64,000 bases of DNA, taken from positions 1 to 64,000 of IMG/VR virus record IMGVR_UViG_3300046557_000419. One strand, 5' to 3'. The number at the start of each line of letters is the position of its first letter. Positions within the stretch are counted from its first letter, which is position 1. Positions 46,937 to 57,069 of the stretch are shown piece by piece. Under the pieces are notes generated by a model. The model had not been told where the DNA came from and ran no database searches. It saw only the letters and a program-made list of their open reading frames with translations. This DNA comes from an uncultured virus (IMG/VR IMGVR_UViG_3300046557_000419) (Duplodnaviria; Heunggongvirae; Uroviricota; Caudoviricetes). The translations under genes were made by a program, and so were the position numbers.

Positions 46937-48928
46937 ATGACTTTTCAACCGCTCGCCACCGAAGAACGCGCTCGCAGAAAGCAGGTCATCGAAGATCTGC
47001 TGAAGCAGGGCTATCATCCGCAGGGCTCGCGTGGAGGCATTGCCTCCGCGACCAAGACTGCGGAGCGCGTCGAAGGCCTGAACTATCCGAACTGGGTCCG
47101 CGCCGAAGAGGCGCTGAAGCGCAAGCGCAAAGAGAACTTCGCGATCGACTGGTCGCTGTACGTTCCGCCTGTCCCGCAGGCTACCGTCACCTCAGGTGGC
47201 GAAGAACTGTCCGCCGAAGAAGTCGACCCATTGATCCGGGCGAAGACGCTCTCGGCCGAGGTTACCCAACTCATCACCCGATCGAAATACCCCGTCATCA
47301 ACCCGGAAGCCGTCATCGTCGACACGCCGATGCTGCGACGCTGGTCCACGAAGCATCGTCGCTACGAGGAGACCGAAGGCAAGCCGCGGACCTGGATGGT
47401 CGACACCCTGAAGGTCGAGGCCATTAAGGACTCGCGGAATCGGAACTTCATCTTCACGGGCGCGCAGAACGATGCGCTCCTGCACGAGGAGTTCTGGGTC
47501 AATCTCCAGGCCTATGCCGCCTATATCGACGCCGAGATCATCGTCGGCCCCTGGACCTACGAGACCCAGTGGTGGTCCGAGAACGACCCGCAGGCGCGCG
47601 AGTATGCCCCTGAGCTGGCTGAGCACCTGTGCTTCGGCCAGATGAAGATCGGCACCAACTTCATGTTCTGCGGCGAGATGAACACGCTGCCGACCGCGTC
47701 GCAGCCGATCTCGGACCTGGTGACCTACAGCCGGGGCCGCTGGGCCGTGTTCCCGCACGCCAAGCGCCAGCTGAAGTCCGTCCCCTCGACCGATCCCAAC
47801 ATCCAGGCCCACCAGGTCATGACGTCGGGCGCCTGCACGCGGCCGAAGATCATCCCCCGCAAGGCGGGCGTGAAGTCGATCTTCCATCAGATCATCGGCG
47901 CCACCGTGGTGCAGTTCGACGAGGATGGCGACATCTTCTGTCGGCAGATCACGGCCAACGACGACGACGGCTCGTTCTACGACCTCGACGCCTATGTGGC
48001 GAACGCTGAGGTCACGACCGGTCACCGCGTCAAGGCGATCACCATGCCGGACCTCCACGTCCGCAAGATGGACCAGACCAACTGCATGGCCATCTTCGGG
48101 TGGGATATGCGGGGCGGCCGGGCGCAGTACCGCAACAGCATCATGGATGTCCTCGATCCCGAGAACGTCATCGGTCACGACATCTTCGACAACGAAGCGC
48201 GGAACCACCATCACGTCCACGACAACGCCTACAGCTACGAGATGGCCATCCGTGGCCGCGACAGCGTGGAGGAGGAAGTCGACCAGTGCGGCCGATTCCT
48301 GCTGACGGCTGTCGGTCTGAGCGACCTTCTGCCGATGGTCACGGTCGGCGACCGCACCTTCATCGTTGCTGAGGGCAACCACGATATCGCGCTTGAGAAG
48401 TACGCCCGAGAAGGCCGGTACCGGAACGACGGCCGGAACGTCCGCTTCGGTCTGCAGCTCGAAGACGCATACCTGGATCACGTCGAGCGTCGCTCATTCG
48501 CGATCGACAACGAGCTGCCGGTGCCGCGTTTCTCGCTGCTGGAGCACGCCATCCGGATGAAATATCCGCAGCTCGGCAACAAGGTGGTCTGGTGCCATGA
48601 CGGCTACAGCCACCTGCTCGACGGCATCGAGGTCGGCAACCACGGCTTCCGCGGCGCGAACGGCGCCAAGGGAACGGTGGCGGGCTTCGCGCGGGCAGGG
48701 CGCAAGATGTCGATCGGCGACAAGCACAGCCCCGAGATCATGGAGGGTGTGTACGTGGCCGGCGTCATCAACCTGCGCCACGGCTACAACAAGGGCCTGT
48801 CGGGTTGGGCGGTCACCGTGATCATCCAGTATCCGGACGGGAAGCGCTCGCTGTTGACCCTGCAGAAGGGCAAGTGGCGTCCGGGACGGCGGGTCATCCG
48901 CGTGCCGGCCCCGTCTTTGGCTGCCTGA
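46937..48928 (+). CDS. Metallophosphoesterase, T5 A1-like
   Basis: FTGAQN; DLH, GHDIFD, GNHD, HG and GDKHSP calcineurin-type motifs. Confidence 0.7.
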   Translation: MTFQPLATEERARRKQVIEDLLKQGYHPQGSRGGIASATKTAERVEGLNYPNWVRAEEALKRKRKENFAIDWSLYVPPVPQATVTSGGEELSAEEVDPLIRAKTLSAEVTQLITRSKYPVINPEAVIVDTPMLRRWSTKHRRYEETEGKPRTWMVDTLKVEAIKDSRNRNFIFTGAQNDALLHEEFWVNLQAYAAYIDAEIIVGPWTYETQWWSENDPQAREYAPELAEHLCFGQMKIGTNFMFCGEMNTLPTASQPISDLVTYSRGRWAVFPHAKRQLKSVPSTDPNIQAHQVMTSGACTRPKIIPRKAGVKSIFHQIIGATVVQFDEDGDIFCRQITANDDDGSFYDLDAYVANAEVTTGHRVKAITMPDLHVRKMDQTNCMAIFGWDMRGGRAQYRNSIMDVLDPENVIGHDIFDNEARNHHHVHDNAYSYEMAIRGRDSVEEEVDQCGRFLLTAVGLSDLLPMVTVGDRTFIVAEGNHDIALEKYAREGRYRNDGRNVRFGLQLEDAYLDHVERRSFAIDNELPVPRFSLLEHAIRMKYPQLGNKVVWCHDGYSHLLDGIEVGNHGFRGANGAKGTVAGFARAGRKMSIGDKHSPEIMEGVYVAGVINLRHGYNKGLSGWAVTVIIQYPDGKRSLLTLQKGKWRPGRRVIRVPAPSLAA

Positions 48929-48958
48929 TCGCTTGCACGAATGCAAAGGGGGAGTTCC

Positions 48959-49420
48959 ATGCTCGTCTATCTCGCCGGTCCGATTTCGGGCCTGAACTTC
49001 GACGGCGCAACCAACTGGCGCGAATACGCGAAGGCGGAACTCGGCCAGTTCAGCATCAAGGCGCTCTCGCCCCTGCGCGAGCAGGAGCACATGCGCGAGA
49101 TCGGGGTCTTCACCGACGCCTCGAAAGAGACGGCCAGGCTGAAGTCTCCGATGTCGACCCCGAAGGGGCTCACGATCCGTGACCGTTGGGACGCGCGGCG
49201 CTGCAACGTCCTGCTGGTGAACCTGCTTGGCGCCACGAAGGTCTCGGTCGGCACGGTGATGGAGGTCGCCTGGGCTGACGGCGAGGGCATCCCGATCGTC
49301 TGCGCGATCGAGCCGGAGGGAAACATCCACGAGCACGCCATGCTGATGCACTGCATCGGCTACCGCGTCCCGACGCTCTGGGACGCCTGCGACATCACCC
49401 GGCAGCTGCTGGCTGTCTGA
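48959..49420 (+). CDS. Nucleoside 2-deoxyribosyltransferase-like protein
   Basis: VYLAGPI; D..D...C..LLVNL; SVGTVMEVAWA. Confidence 0.85.
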   Translation: MLVYLAGPISGLNFDGATNWREYAKAELGQFSIKALSPLREQEHMREIGVFTDASKETARLKSPMSTPKGLTIRDRWDARRCNVLLVNLLGATKVSVGTVMEVAWADGEGIPIVCAIEPEGNIHEHAMLMHCIGYRVPTLWDACDITRQLLAV

Positions 49421-49450
49421 ACGTTTGTTTGAATGCAAAAGGAGAATGCA

Positions 49451-50131
49451 ATGACGGTTATCGGTCTCGGGGGGTTCGCGCAGTCGGGCAAGACGACGGC
49501 GGCGCTGTACCTGGAGAAGAAGTACGGCGTGCGGCGCAAGCACATCGCCGAGCCGCTGCGGGCCATGCTCGCGGTGTTGCTGACGGCGAACGGCATGAAG
49601 GCCGACGAGATCACCGACTATCTGGAGGGCTCGAAGAAGGAGCAGGTCATCCCCTGCCTGGGCGTCACCTCGCGCTACGCGCAGATCACCATCGGCACCG
49701 AGTGGGGTCGTGAGCTGATCGGCGAGGACCTGTGGGCCAACACCTGGGCTGCCGGCGTCAAGGACGGCGAGTCCGTGATGAACGACTCCGTGCGCTTCCC
49801 GAACGAGGCGGCTGCGATCCGCGGTCTCGGCGGCGTGGTCATCATGATCAAGCGCCCAGGCACGCGGCCGGCGAAGTTCAAGAACAAGCTGGGCGAGTTC
49901 CTGTTCGACAAGTTCGGCATCATGTGGGGGGTGCATCCGAGCGAGCGCATCGACCTGATCAAGCCGGACTTCATCATCCACAACGATGCGGACGTGGAGA
50001 CGCTCTACGCTGACCTGGACAAGGCCATGGCCGCGCATTTCAGCCGCGTCCAGCAGACGAGCTTCGCCAACTCCAAGAAGGCCGTCGCAGCGGCCACGGG
50101 GCTGGCGCTGGCGGTGGGGCTCGGCCGCTGA
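49451..50131 (+). CDS. Deoxynucleoside monophosphate kinase
   Basis: GFAQSGKTT; GTEWGR; VRFPNE; HPSE. Confidence 0.9.
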   Translation: MTVIGLGGFAQSGKTTAALYLEKKYGVRRKHIAEPLRAMLAVLLTANGMKADEITDYLEGSKKEQVIPCLGVTSRYAQITIGTEWGRELIGEDLWANTWAAGVKDGESVMNDSVRFPNEAAAIRGLGGVVIMIKRPGTRPAKFKNKLGEFLFDKFGIMWGVHPSERIDLIKPDFIIHNDADVETLYADLDKAMAAHFSRVQQTSFANSKKAVAAATGLALAVGLGR

Positions 50132-50409
50132 TGGAGCTTCGCTGGAAGGACGACAAGCGGCCCCAGCGCTTCGGCTGGGCGCCAGGGGGATATCTGAACC
50201 ACTGTCACGGCGCGGGGTGCAAGGAGCTGGAAGACAAGACCTTCATCGGCGACAAGCGGGCGGTCATCTGCGCCGACTGTGCCTACGCGCTGCCGGACCC
50301 GGAGCCGGAGCCGCCATTCGAGGTGACCATGCGCGCGAAGGTCAGGGACATGCTCCGGCGCATCAGGGAGCTGGAGATCGAGCTGGAAAAGCACCAGGAG
50401 GGGAAATGA
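50131..50409 (+). CDS. Cys-containing hypothetical protein
   Basis: WAPGGY...FIGDKRA..C.DCA. Confidence 0.65.
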   Translation: MELRWKDDKRPQRFGWAPGGYLNHCHGAGCKELEDKTFIGDKRAVICADCAYALPDPEPEPPFEVTMRAKVRDMLRRIRELEIELEKHQEGK

Positions 50410-50585
50410 GGCTGATCAACATGAAGCTGACCCGGGGTGACGCAGAGGTCATCACCCCGGAGCAGGTATGGGCAGAGATCGGCAAGATCTTCGTGCAGCG
50501 CGCGACCGGAGAGCTGAAGCCCACGGGACCGGTCAGAAGCAACCGGCCCCAGGTCGACGTGCGGGAGCTGTTGAAGGACCTGTAG
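50406..50585 (+). CDS. Hypothetical protein
   Basis: ATGA coupling, GGAGG RBS. Confidence 0.55.
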   Translation: MRLINMKLTRGDAEVITPEQVWAEIGKIFVQRATGELKPTGPVRSNRPQVDVRELLKDL

Positions 50586-50590
50586 GAAGA

Positions 50591-50854
50591 TCAGGCGTAG
50601 ATGGAGGGGGCGGTGACCTGCGGCTTCACGGTCGTCCGCACCCCGGCCCGGACATGCCGGCCGCCGATCTCTTCAACGACAGCACGCACCTCCTTGCCGA
50701 ACAGGCGGCGCATGCCGTGCGAGAGAACACCGAAACGGTCGGTGATCAAGAGGTCAAGTTCACGCAACGGCGAGCGATTCTGCCGGCGAGATGCCTCGAT
50801 GATCGTGAGGCAAGCGGTCTCACGGAGGAAGGCGCGAATTTGCAGAGACGTCAT
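50591..50854 (-). CDS. Hypothetical protein
   Basis: 87-aa ORF. Confidence 0.5.
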   Translation of the reverse strand: MTSLQIRAFLRETACLTIIEASRRQNRSPLRELDLLITDRFGVLSHGMRRLFGKEVRAVVEEIGGRHVRAGVRTTVKPQVTAPSIYA

Positions 50855-50963
50855 GGGGGGGGATTCCTTGTGGCGGGACGCTCACATACCCCTTTTCAAG
50901 ATGCGTAAAAGGGGGTCAGCCAAGTATTTCAGCTAGAACCCCCACCGTTTGCCCGCGCGGAGC

Positions 50964-51206
50964 CTACACCGCCGTCACTTCAAGGCCCTTTTCCAGCATC
51001 TCGATGGCATATTTCCGGTCGCGGGTGTGAGCGCCGCTCGCCTCGCTGTCCTTGAAGGTCTTGACCACGGTCTCGACCCACCAGCGGAGTCCGCCGTGCC
51101 TGGTTCGCGAGACCTCGTAGCCGTGATCCCCCAGGATCTTGATCACGTCGACCAGCGGGTAGCCGTAGACGGTCTTGCGATGCTCTCCGTTTCGTTCGGT
51201 GCTCAT
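50964..51206 (-). CDS. Hypothetical protein
   Basis: Coupled ORF. Confidence 0.55.
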   Translation of the reverse strand: MSTERNGEHRKTVYGYPLVDVIKILGDHGYEVSRTRHGGLRWWVETVVKTFKDSEASGAHTRDRKYAIEMLEKGLEVTAV

Positions 51207-51451
51207 GCTGCTAGGTTCCATTTTTCGATTGCGGTGATGTGCCGGTGGTAATAGTCGTCGGGCCCCCGCGTCCGTGAGAGCGGACCATCGGCGCCGCAGG
51301 CCAGACAGGTGACGTGCGGGTGCGGCCCCATATAGAGTCCGACGTGGGACGTTTTGCAGAACGGGCACCACTTGATCTTCCGGCCGAAGCGGTGCTCGAC
51401 CTCCTCGGGTCTCATGACGTTGCGGGCGTCGTATTGGGTCCAGCTGCTCAT
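51203..51451 (-). CDS. Lar-like restriction alleviation protein
   Basis: CPFC...VTC..CGA.GP...AIEKWN. Confidence 0.75.
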   Translation of the reverse strand: MSSWTQYDARNVMRPEEVEHRFGRKIKWCPFCKTSHVGLYMGPHPHVTCLACGADGPLSRTRGPDDYYHRHITAIEKWNLAA

Positions 51452-51624
51452 GACAGTTTCAAAATCCCCATCTCGTAAAGCTCGCGACGGTCCATGCTGT
51501 TGTGGACCAGAACATCAATCCATTTGCTCGGGTTGCACCAGCACGGCTTGTCGGAGTCCGTGCTGTGCGGTTTCAGGTCGTCGATCGGGACGACGTGGTG
51601 TTCATCCGACTCCCAGCCGATCAA
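51448..51624 (-). CDS. Small His/Cys protein
   Basis: HVVP.DDL.PH...CWCNP...VHNS.D.RE. Confidence 0.6.
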   Translation of the reverse strand: MIGWESDEHHVVPIDDLKPHSTDSDKPCWCNPSKWIDVLVHNSMDRRELYEMGILKLS

Positions 51625-51998
51625 GCTGCGCGCTCCTTGAACCAGGCCTTGATGAAGGCATCGAGCTTCGGAGCCCGGCGCGGCAGCTGAGCCAGGCCGG
51701 TCCCTATCCCGTCTTCCGGGACCACGACGGTGTGGCCAACTGCGAGAAGCAGGTCGATCTTCCCCAGATCGAATCCGACATGAGCCCAACAGTCGGGCTC
51801 GTCGTCGAGAAAGAAGGCGCTGTTGTCATTGCTCGGCGCCCATTTGGTCACGACGCCGATCGCGTTCGGCTCCCCCCGCATTTCTCGAGCCTGGCCGCCG
51901 TAGCCGACGCGCTGCATGTTGTCGCCGAAGACGTAGAATTGATCGCGGTTGTTGCGCAGGTCCTGCCTGCGGATGAACTTCTGGTAACGAATGCCCAT
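51621..51998 (-). CDS. Conserved phage protein (FGDN...GGQA...GIGTGLA family)
   Basis: Motif pattern. Confidence 0.7.
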   Translation of the reverse strand: MGIRYQKFIRRQDLRNNRDQFYVFGDNMQRVGYGGQAREMRGEPNAIGVVTKWAPSNDNSAFFLDDEPDCWAHVGFDLGKIDLLLAVGHTVVVPEDGIGTGLAQLPRRAPKLDAFIKAWFKERAA

Positions 51999-52633
51999 CA
52001 CGCCTCCGCTGTCGTGTGGTTGCGCTCGACGCTGCGGGGCACGTACTTCCAACTCGGGAAGGCGTGATTGATCGAGTTGCCTTCGAGGTTGTAGCGGGAC
52101 TCGGAAATCGAGATCTTCACGAAGGTGCGGACACCCGGCGTCTGCTCGGCGACGCGATGGATGACAGCCTCGTCCAGGCGCAGCAGGTGCTTGTCGGGGT
52201 AGGTCACGATCGGCCCGCTGGATGCGACTTCCATCTCAGCCAGGGAAGCGTGATGGTGCTGCGTGAACTCGATCAGATCAGCCGGCTGCCAGAACTCGGT
52301 GCCGTTGCGGTCAGACCAGACGTAGTTGAGGTCTTCGGTCATGAAGCCATCAGAGTGCCAGCCCGGGCGATTGCCGGGGCTCTCCTTGCAGACCCACAGC
52401 GTCTTGGCCGTGACGTAGACGTAGCTGTCCAGCCACAGCGAGACGTTGCCAGCAATGTTCTGCAGGTCGCGGAACACAGCCTCGACAATCGGCTGAAACT
52501 GCCGGAGGTTGCTCGGGATCCTCTCTCCGTACTGTCCCGGCTCCTTGATCGGGCAGTACATCCAGAACATCATCTCCTTCGGAGACAGGTCGACGAGTCC
52601 GAGATCGACGGGTGGGGTGCCGTAAAGCGTCAT
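51998..52633 (-). CDS. 2OG-Fe(II) dioxygenase-like protein
   Basis: RPGWHSD...IHRV...RTFVKI. Confidence 0.6.
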   Translation of the reverse strand: MTLYGTPPVDLGLVDLSPKEMMFWMYCPIKEPGQYGERIPSNLRQFQPIVEAVFRDLQNIAGNVSLWLDSYVYVTAKTLWVCKESPGNRPGWHSDGFMTEDLNYVWSDRNGTEFWQPADLIEFTQHHHASLAEMEVASSGPIVTYPDKHLLRLDEAVIHRVAEQTPGVRTFVKISISESRYNLEGNSINHAFPSWKYVPRSVERNHTTAEA

Positions 52634-53190
52634 CGGACGATCTCCTCGAAGATGTAGAGGCCCAGCTCCTGCTGGACGAACACGGCGCAGAAGCCGACGT
52701 ACGTGAGGTTCAGGTCGTCGGGAATCTTGCCGCCGCACTTGAAGGCATAGAACTTGCGCTCCTCGTCCGGCACGTCGGTCCGCACCATGGCCCACATCCA
52801 GAACATGCCGCCCTGGTCCTGCACGCGGAGGATCTCGGCGCCCTTCGGCAGCTTCATCGTGAAGCTCTCCAGCACCGGCATCTGGTATTTGAAGATCACG
52901 CGGCCCGTTGCGTCGGACATCTTCTTGCCGCGGGTCTTTTCGTCCCACTGGTCGACCTGAACGGTCTCGCGTCGGGCCGATCCATCGAGATTTTCGCCGC
53001 GCTGTCGCGCCTGAGCGTCCATCGTCAGAAGCTGCTCCTTGCAACGCCGACACTTGCCGCAGCCGCTGCCGATGCTCATGTCGCCCTTGCACATTGCTGT
53101 GCCCTCTTCGAGGCTGTCCTTGCGGACTTCCCCGGTCAGCCCGTATCCCGACTTGTCCCGCAGGTCATCGTGATCCCAGCTCGCCATCAT
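52630..53190 (-). CDS. Hypothetical protein
   Basis: N-terminal Cys cluster; IFKY...LPKGAEIL.V..Q domain. Confidence 0.6.
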   Translation of the reverse strand: MMASWDHDDLRDKSGYGLTGEVRKDSLEEGTAMCKGDMSIGSGCGKCRRCKEQLLTMDAQARQRGENLDGSARRETVQVDQWDEKTRGKKMSDATGRVIFKYQMPVLESFTMKLPKGAEILRVQDQGGMFWMWAMVRTDVPDEERKFYAFKCGGKIPDDLNLTYVGFCAVFVQQELGLYIFEEIVR

Positions 53191-53420
53191 CACCCTCCAA
53201 ATTCGTCTTTGAGTTTCTCTCTGGCCTCGTCCCGGAAAGCCTCTGCTGCCGACAGCGCCTCTCTGCTGGTGCGGTAGCAGTGCTCTTCTTCTTCCGAGAG
53301 TTGGCAGATCATCCCGCCGATCGAGGGCAGGAACTTTGTCCGCCCCTCGAAGCTGCGTGCCACAGAGCGAACTTTGCCCTGTGACACGATCCGCAAGCGT
53401 GCTTCTCGCGAGTCCGTCAC
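53190..53420 (-). CDS. Hypothetical protein
   Basis: Coupled ORF. Confidence 0.55.
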   Translation of the reverse strand: MTDSREARLRIVSQGKVRSVARSFEGRTKFLPSIGGMICQLSEEEEHCYRTSREALSAAEAFRDEAREKLKDEFGG

Positions 53421-53920
53421 GTCGGCGACAGCCAGGCGCGAATGCGGGAGCGCGGATAGACGCTCTCGGCCACACGGTGACCGTGGTTGCCGCTGATCAC
53501 GATCGGGTCGCCCTTGGCGGTGAAGCCAGAGACGACGCCGACATGTCCGCCACCGCGACGACCCATGGTCACGACTGCGCCGACCTGCGGAGCAATGTGC
53601 TGATGCTTCTCCCAGGAGAGAGCACGGTCATCGACGTCCTGAGCACCTGTGACCTTGCGCAGGAATGCGGAGCACCACAGGGTCGAACGCACACCGACCT
53701 GGTGCGCCGACTCTCCAACGAATTGGCGAGCGCGACCGACGACGTCGCTGCTGGCGCTCCGGAAGCTGCCGAAGAACGACTGCTCCTGGGGCTCGGTGAC
53801 GTTGATCTTGGCCACGCGGGCGTGGTGGTGATGATGGTGGTGCCTCGGTCGGGCCTCAGCAGCCGAAAAGGACAAAGCGAGGATCGCGGCGCCAATGAGC
53901 GCCGTGTTCAGGTTCTTCAA
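53417..53920 (-). CDS. Secreted CHAP/TIGR02594-like peptidoglycan peptidase
   Basis: Signal peptide, His tract, WCSAF, GGGHVG, ISGN. Confidence 0.75.
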   Translation of the reverse strand: MKNLNTALIGAAILALSFSAAEARPRHHHHHHHARVAKINVTEPQEQSFFGSFRSASSDVVGRARQFVGESAHQVGVRSTLWCSAFLRKVTGAQDVDDRALSWEKHQHIAPQVGAVVTMGRRGGGHVGVVSGFTAKGDPIVISGNHGHRVAESVYPRSRIRAWLSPT

Positions 53921-53933
53921 GATACTTCTCCTG

Positions 53934-54254
53934 TTATGCGAGGTGGTCGGGCCAGCCGGCCTGCGATGCCGCCTCGTTGGATTGGCGCCGTGCAGCGACG
54001 GCGCGACGATCAGCCTCGACGGCTGCGTAGGTCGGCAGACGGGTCCACTCGTCGTCGTATTCGCGAGCGAGGGTCTGCTGGACCTGGGAGGCAAAGAAGC
54101 GCGCGGCTTCTTCACCCATGTCTGCGAGGACGGTGTCCCCGAAGACCATTCGGAATTTGATGTTGGTCTGCTCGCCCTCGTTCTCGATCTTCGTGGCGGC
54201 GAAGGCGATCGGACCCGCGCGGACGACGGTGAGGTTCGTAATCTTCTGGGTCAT
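53934..54254 (-). CDS. Hypothetical protein
   Basis: 106-aa ORF. Confidence 0.6.
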   Translation of the reverse strand: MTQKITNLTVVRAGPIAFAATKIENEGEQTNIKFRMVFGDTVLADMGEEAARFFASQVQQTLAREYDDEWTRLPTYAAVEADRRAVAARRQSNEAASQAGWPDHLA

Positions 54255-54886
54255 GCTGCGATCTCCGTGGCTTGGACGTTGTCGTTGTCGAACTTGCTTA
54301 TCTCGTTGCCCCAGGCGTCCCAGCCGGGGCGCTGCACGCGGGCGAAGATGTCGGCCTTCGGATATGGCCCAGCCATCTTCGCGGCATCGACGTAGCCTTG
54401 CTCGGGCTTGCGCGAGTGCTCGCGGCGCGTCTCAAGGATTGCGGAGCGGATGTTGCGAGAGTGAATGCGGGGCTTGCCGATCTTCCCGATCAGGAAAGGC
54501 TCATGGCAGTTGCGCAGGACGTAGCCCGTGCCGAAGGTCGGCCGGCTCATATCCTTGACCATCTTCACCCACACGCCCTGGGTCACGTAGGTGACGTTCC
54601 ACTGGCGGAAGCACTCGCGAGCGGCGTCGTACATCGGCGCGGTGGCGTAGAGCCAAACCCACATGCCATCGCGATGGGCGAGGCGATCAACGTCGAGCGC
54701 GAAGATGTCGTCGAGCGTCATGCAGTCGTAGTGCTGCTCAGCCGACTTGCCCTTGCCGGCGTCGGAGTAGGTCTTGAAGGTCCACGGCGGGTCGATCTTC
54801 GCGAGGCCGTAATGGTTCTCCTTCAGCGGAGCGAGATTGAATGTCGGTGCCGGGATGATCGGCATGGGGCTGACGAGCATTTGCAT
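54251..54886 (-). CDS. MT-A70 family adenine methyltransferase
   Basis: DPPW; GTGY.LR...E; REHSRKP; IFAR..R.GWD.WGNE. Confidence 0.92.
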   Translation of the reverse strand: MQMLVSPMPIIPAPTFNLAPLKENHYGLAKIDPPWTFKTYSDAGKGKSAEQHYDCMTLDDIFALDVDRLAHRDGMWVWLYATAPMYDAARECFRQWNVTYVTQGVWVKMVKDMSRPTFGTGYVLRNCHEPFLIGKIGKPRIHSRNIRSAILETRREHSRKPEQGYVDAAKMAGPYPKADIFARVQRPGWDAWGNEISKFDNDNVQATEIAA

Positions 54887-55114
54887 TCAAGCAAGCCTCC
54901 GGGTACGACTCGACTTCACCTCGTCCTTCGTGGCTTCGAGGTAAGCGGCCATGCCGGACTCGGTGATCTTGAATTGGTCGCCGTAGGAGGGGTGCTTCTC
55001 CTTCACGAAGAGGCCTTGCTCCGCCAGCTTCTCGGTCGTCTTGCGCATGAAGAGGCCCCAACCACCGGGGCGGGTTGCCGCATCTCTCAGCGCGTCGATC
55101 TCTCTCTTCTTCAT
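54887..55114 (-). CDS. Small winged-helix-like protein
   Basis: LAEQGL...FKITESG. Confidence 0.55.
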   Translation of the reverse strand: MKKREIDALRDAATRPGGWGLFMRKTTEKLAEQGLFVKEKHPSYGDQFKITESGMAAYLEATKDEVKSSRTRRLA

Positions 55115-55413
55115 CACTTCCCCGATTTCTCTTTCCACTCGCGGGCCTCAGCCAGCAGTCGTTGGTCGATCACCTTGGTCTCGTCCGTCTCCATGATCGC
55201 CTGCACCAGCAGGGCGTCAGGCAGGATGGACATGCACGGCTGCTTCTTGTCCGGCCGCTTGCACGAGGTCTCGGTCAGCTTCTCGCGGACGACGAACATC
55301 TCGCGATCGGCGCCGAAGCGCTCAATCAGGCCGTCGATCTTCAGACGGCCCTCTCGATCACAGTTGCCGCACTTCACGCGCACATAGGGCAGGGGCCATT
55401 CAGCGAGCCGCAT
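55114..55413 (-). CDS. Zinc-binding hypothetical protein
   Basis: VRVKC..C.REGR.....LIERFG. Confidence 0.65.
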   Translation of the reverse strand: MRLAEWPLPYVRVKCGNCDREGRLKIDGLIERFGADREMFVVREKLTETSCKRPDKKQPCMSILPDALLVQAIMETDETKVIDQRLLAEAREWKEKSGK

Positions 55414-55883
55414 CAGACCTCGGCCGGCTTGGTCGTATCGATCAGGTCGCAGGTCACGCCAACCTCGGCGTAGACAGCCTGAGCCTCAGCAAGCGAGTCC
55501 TTCCATCTCTCCTTCAGCTCCTCGGGCAGCTCCGGCGCGACCACGCGGGTGATGCCGGTCTGGATGACGTGGAGAGAGCAGCGCTTGCAGGTCAGGAACG
55601 GCCAGGTGTAGAGCGTGTAGCCATGCAGGGGCTCGCGAGCGGTCAGGATCGCGTTGATCTCGCCGTGGATCACGAGGTCGTACTTGATCTCGCGGGTCGT
55701 CAGGCGGTGCTCCGTGTCCGCAATGCCGCGGGGAAAGCCGTTGTAGCCGAGCGACGCCACTGTGCGGTCCGGCCGGGTGATGACGGCGCCGACCTTGGTG
55801 CTCGGGTCCTTGGAGGCCGCTGCGGTCGACTTCGCCAGACCCAGGAAATACTGGTCCCACCAGAGCTGAGAACGCTTCGTCAT
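55413..55883 (-). CDS. dCMP deaminase
   Basis: SKDPSTKVGA; GYNGFP; HGEINA; TCKRC. Confidence 0.92.
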   Translation of the reverse strand: MTKRSQLWWDQYFLGLAKSTAAASKDPSTKVGAVITRPDRTVASLGYNGFPRGIADTEHRLTTREIKYDLVIHGEINAILTAREPLHGYTLYTWPFLTCKRCSLHVIQTGITRVVAPELPEELKERWKDSLAEAQAVYAEVGVTCDLIDTTKPAEV

Positions 55884-56146
55884 GCGATCACCTTCAGGCT
55901 GAGGATGCAGTAGCCGGGCGACAGGACTGCGCTGGAGAACGCGCACGGCACGGTGCGATTGGTGATGTAGGTGACTTCCACGTTGATCTCCTCGCCCGTG
56001 TAGAGGCCGTTGATGTTGTCGTATTCCTGGAGCACCAGGACGTCGCCGATCTGGAAGCCTTCATCCTCGCGCACGTCGTGGAGCTTGCGGCCGGCCTTGA
56101 TCGCCTGGAAGAAATGGGTCCAGGACTTCTTGCGGTGGACCGCCAT
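55880..56146 (-). CDS. ASCH/PUA (DUF3850-like) protein
   Basis: H..KSW..FF.AI..G.K..DVR...F..GD.L.L.EY...YTG. Confidence 0.85.
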   Translation of the reverse strand: MAVHRKKSWTHFFQAIKAGRKLHDVREDEGFQIGDVLVLQEYDNINGLYTGEEINVEVTYITNRTVPCAFSSAVLSPGYCILSLKVIA

Positions 56147-56829
56147 TACTTGGCGTCCTCCTGCGTAAAGTGGTTGAAGCCATCAGCGCCGACGAAGGGC
56201 TCGCACTTGGTGACCTTGCCCTCCTTCACCGCGCGCTCGACCAGATCGAGCATCTCGGAGGTGACCACGCCCTGATGCCCCTTGGCGCGGTAGCTCGAAA
56301 CAGCACGAGCCCGGAGCTGGATGCGGGGCGAGAGCGTCTCGATCAGGTTGTCGGTCTTGACGGGCTGAACCTCGACCTTGCGCTCGACGTAGATCTTCTT
56401 GGGCTGCTGCGGCGCGGAGACTGCGACGCCACGGGCTGCCGCTGCCTGCTCGATGGAGAGACCGGCCTCGATCTCCGCAGGCGTGCGACGGAACCGCTTC
56501 GCCTTAATCTCGACGGGTTTCTCCGCTTTCACGGTCCTCGGCCGACCGCGGGCCTTCTTCACCTTCTGTGGCAAGCTGGCACGAGCTGCCATGGCCTGCT
56601 CGATGGTGAGGCCGAGTTCGATCTCCTGCATGTTCCGCTTGAACCGCTTCGTGGCGGCCTGCGGAGCAATGATCGTTGCGAGTTCGTTAACAACTTGGGT
56701 TGTCACGACCGGGGCCGTCATGGCGATCGGCGCAGCGGTATCCTTTGCCGGAAAAACAGGCAAAACCCTCTTAAAAAAAGCTCTCAGGCTCGATCCAAGC
56801 ACGTTCGGAAATCCCTTCATCGTTTGCAT
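56146..56829 (-). CDS. Basic protein with internal duplication
   Basis: KRF.R...EIE.GL.IEQA.AAR occurs twice. Confidence 0.65.
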   Translation of the reverse strand: MQTMKGFPNVLGSSLRAFFKRVLPVFPAKDTAAPIAMTAPVVTTQVVNELATIIAPQAATKRFKRNMQEIELGLTIEQAMAARASLPQKVKKARGRPRTVKAEKPVEIKAKRFRRTPAEIEAGLSIEQAAAARGVAVSAPQQPKKIYVERKVEVQPVKTDNLIETLSPRIQLRARAVSSYRAKGHQGVVTSEMLDLVERAVKEGKVTKCEPFVGADGFNHFTQEDAK

Positions 56830-57069
56830 TCGGCATTTGCATTAAAGCAAATAGAGAGGAAAAGCAAGAAGTAGGAGGGGAGCCCACTCCGTTCCATTTT
56901 GAACGGTTGTTCAGGCGCCAACCCTGCGCGGAATAGAAGGTTTTGCTATCTGGTTAATCCAATTGCCGTATTTCTACGGAACCGAAATCAGGCTTGCATT
57001 TTGATGCAAATAGCGTTAGCTCACGGTCAAGAGGCGCCTGGCGGCAGGCTGCAGGGAATGAGAACAATA

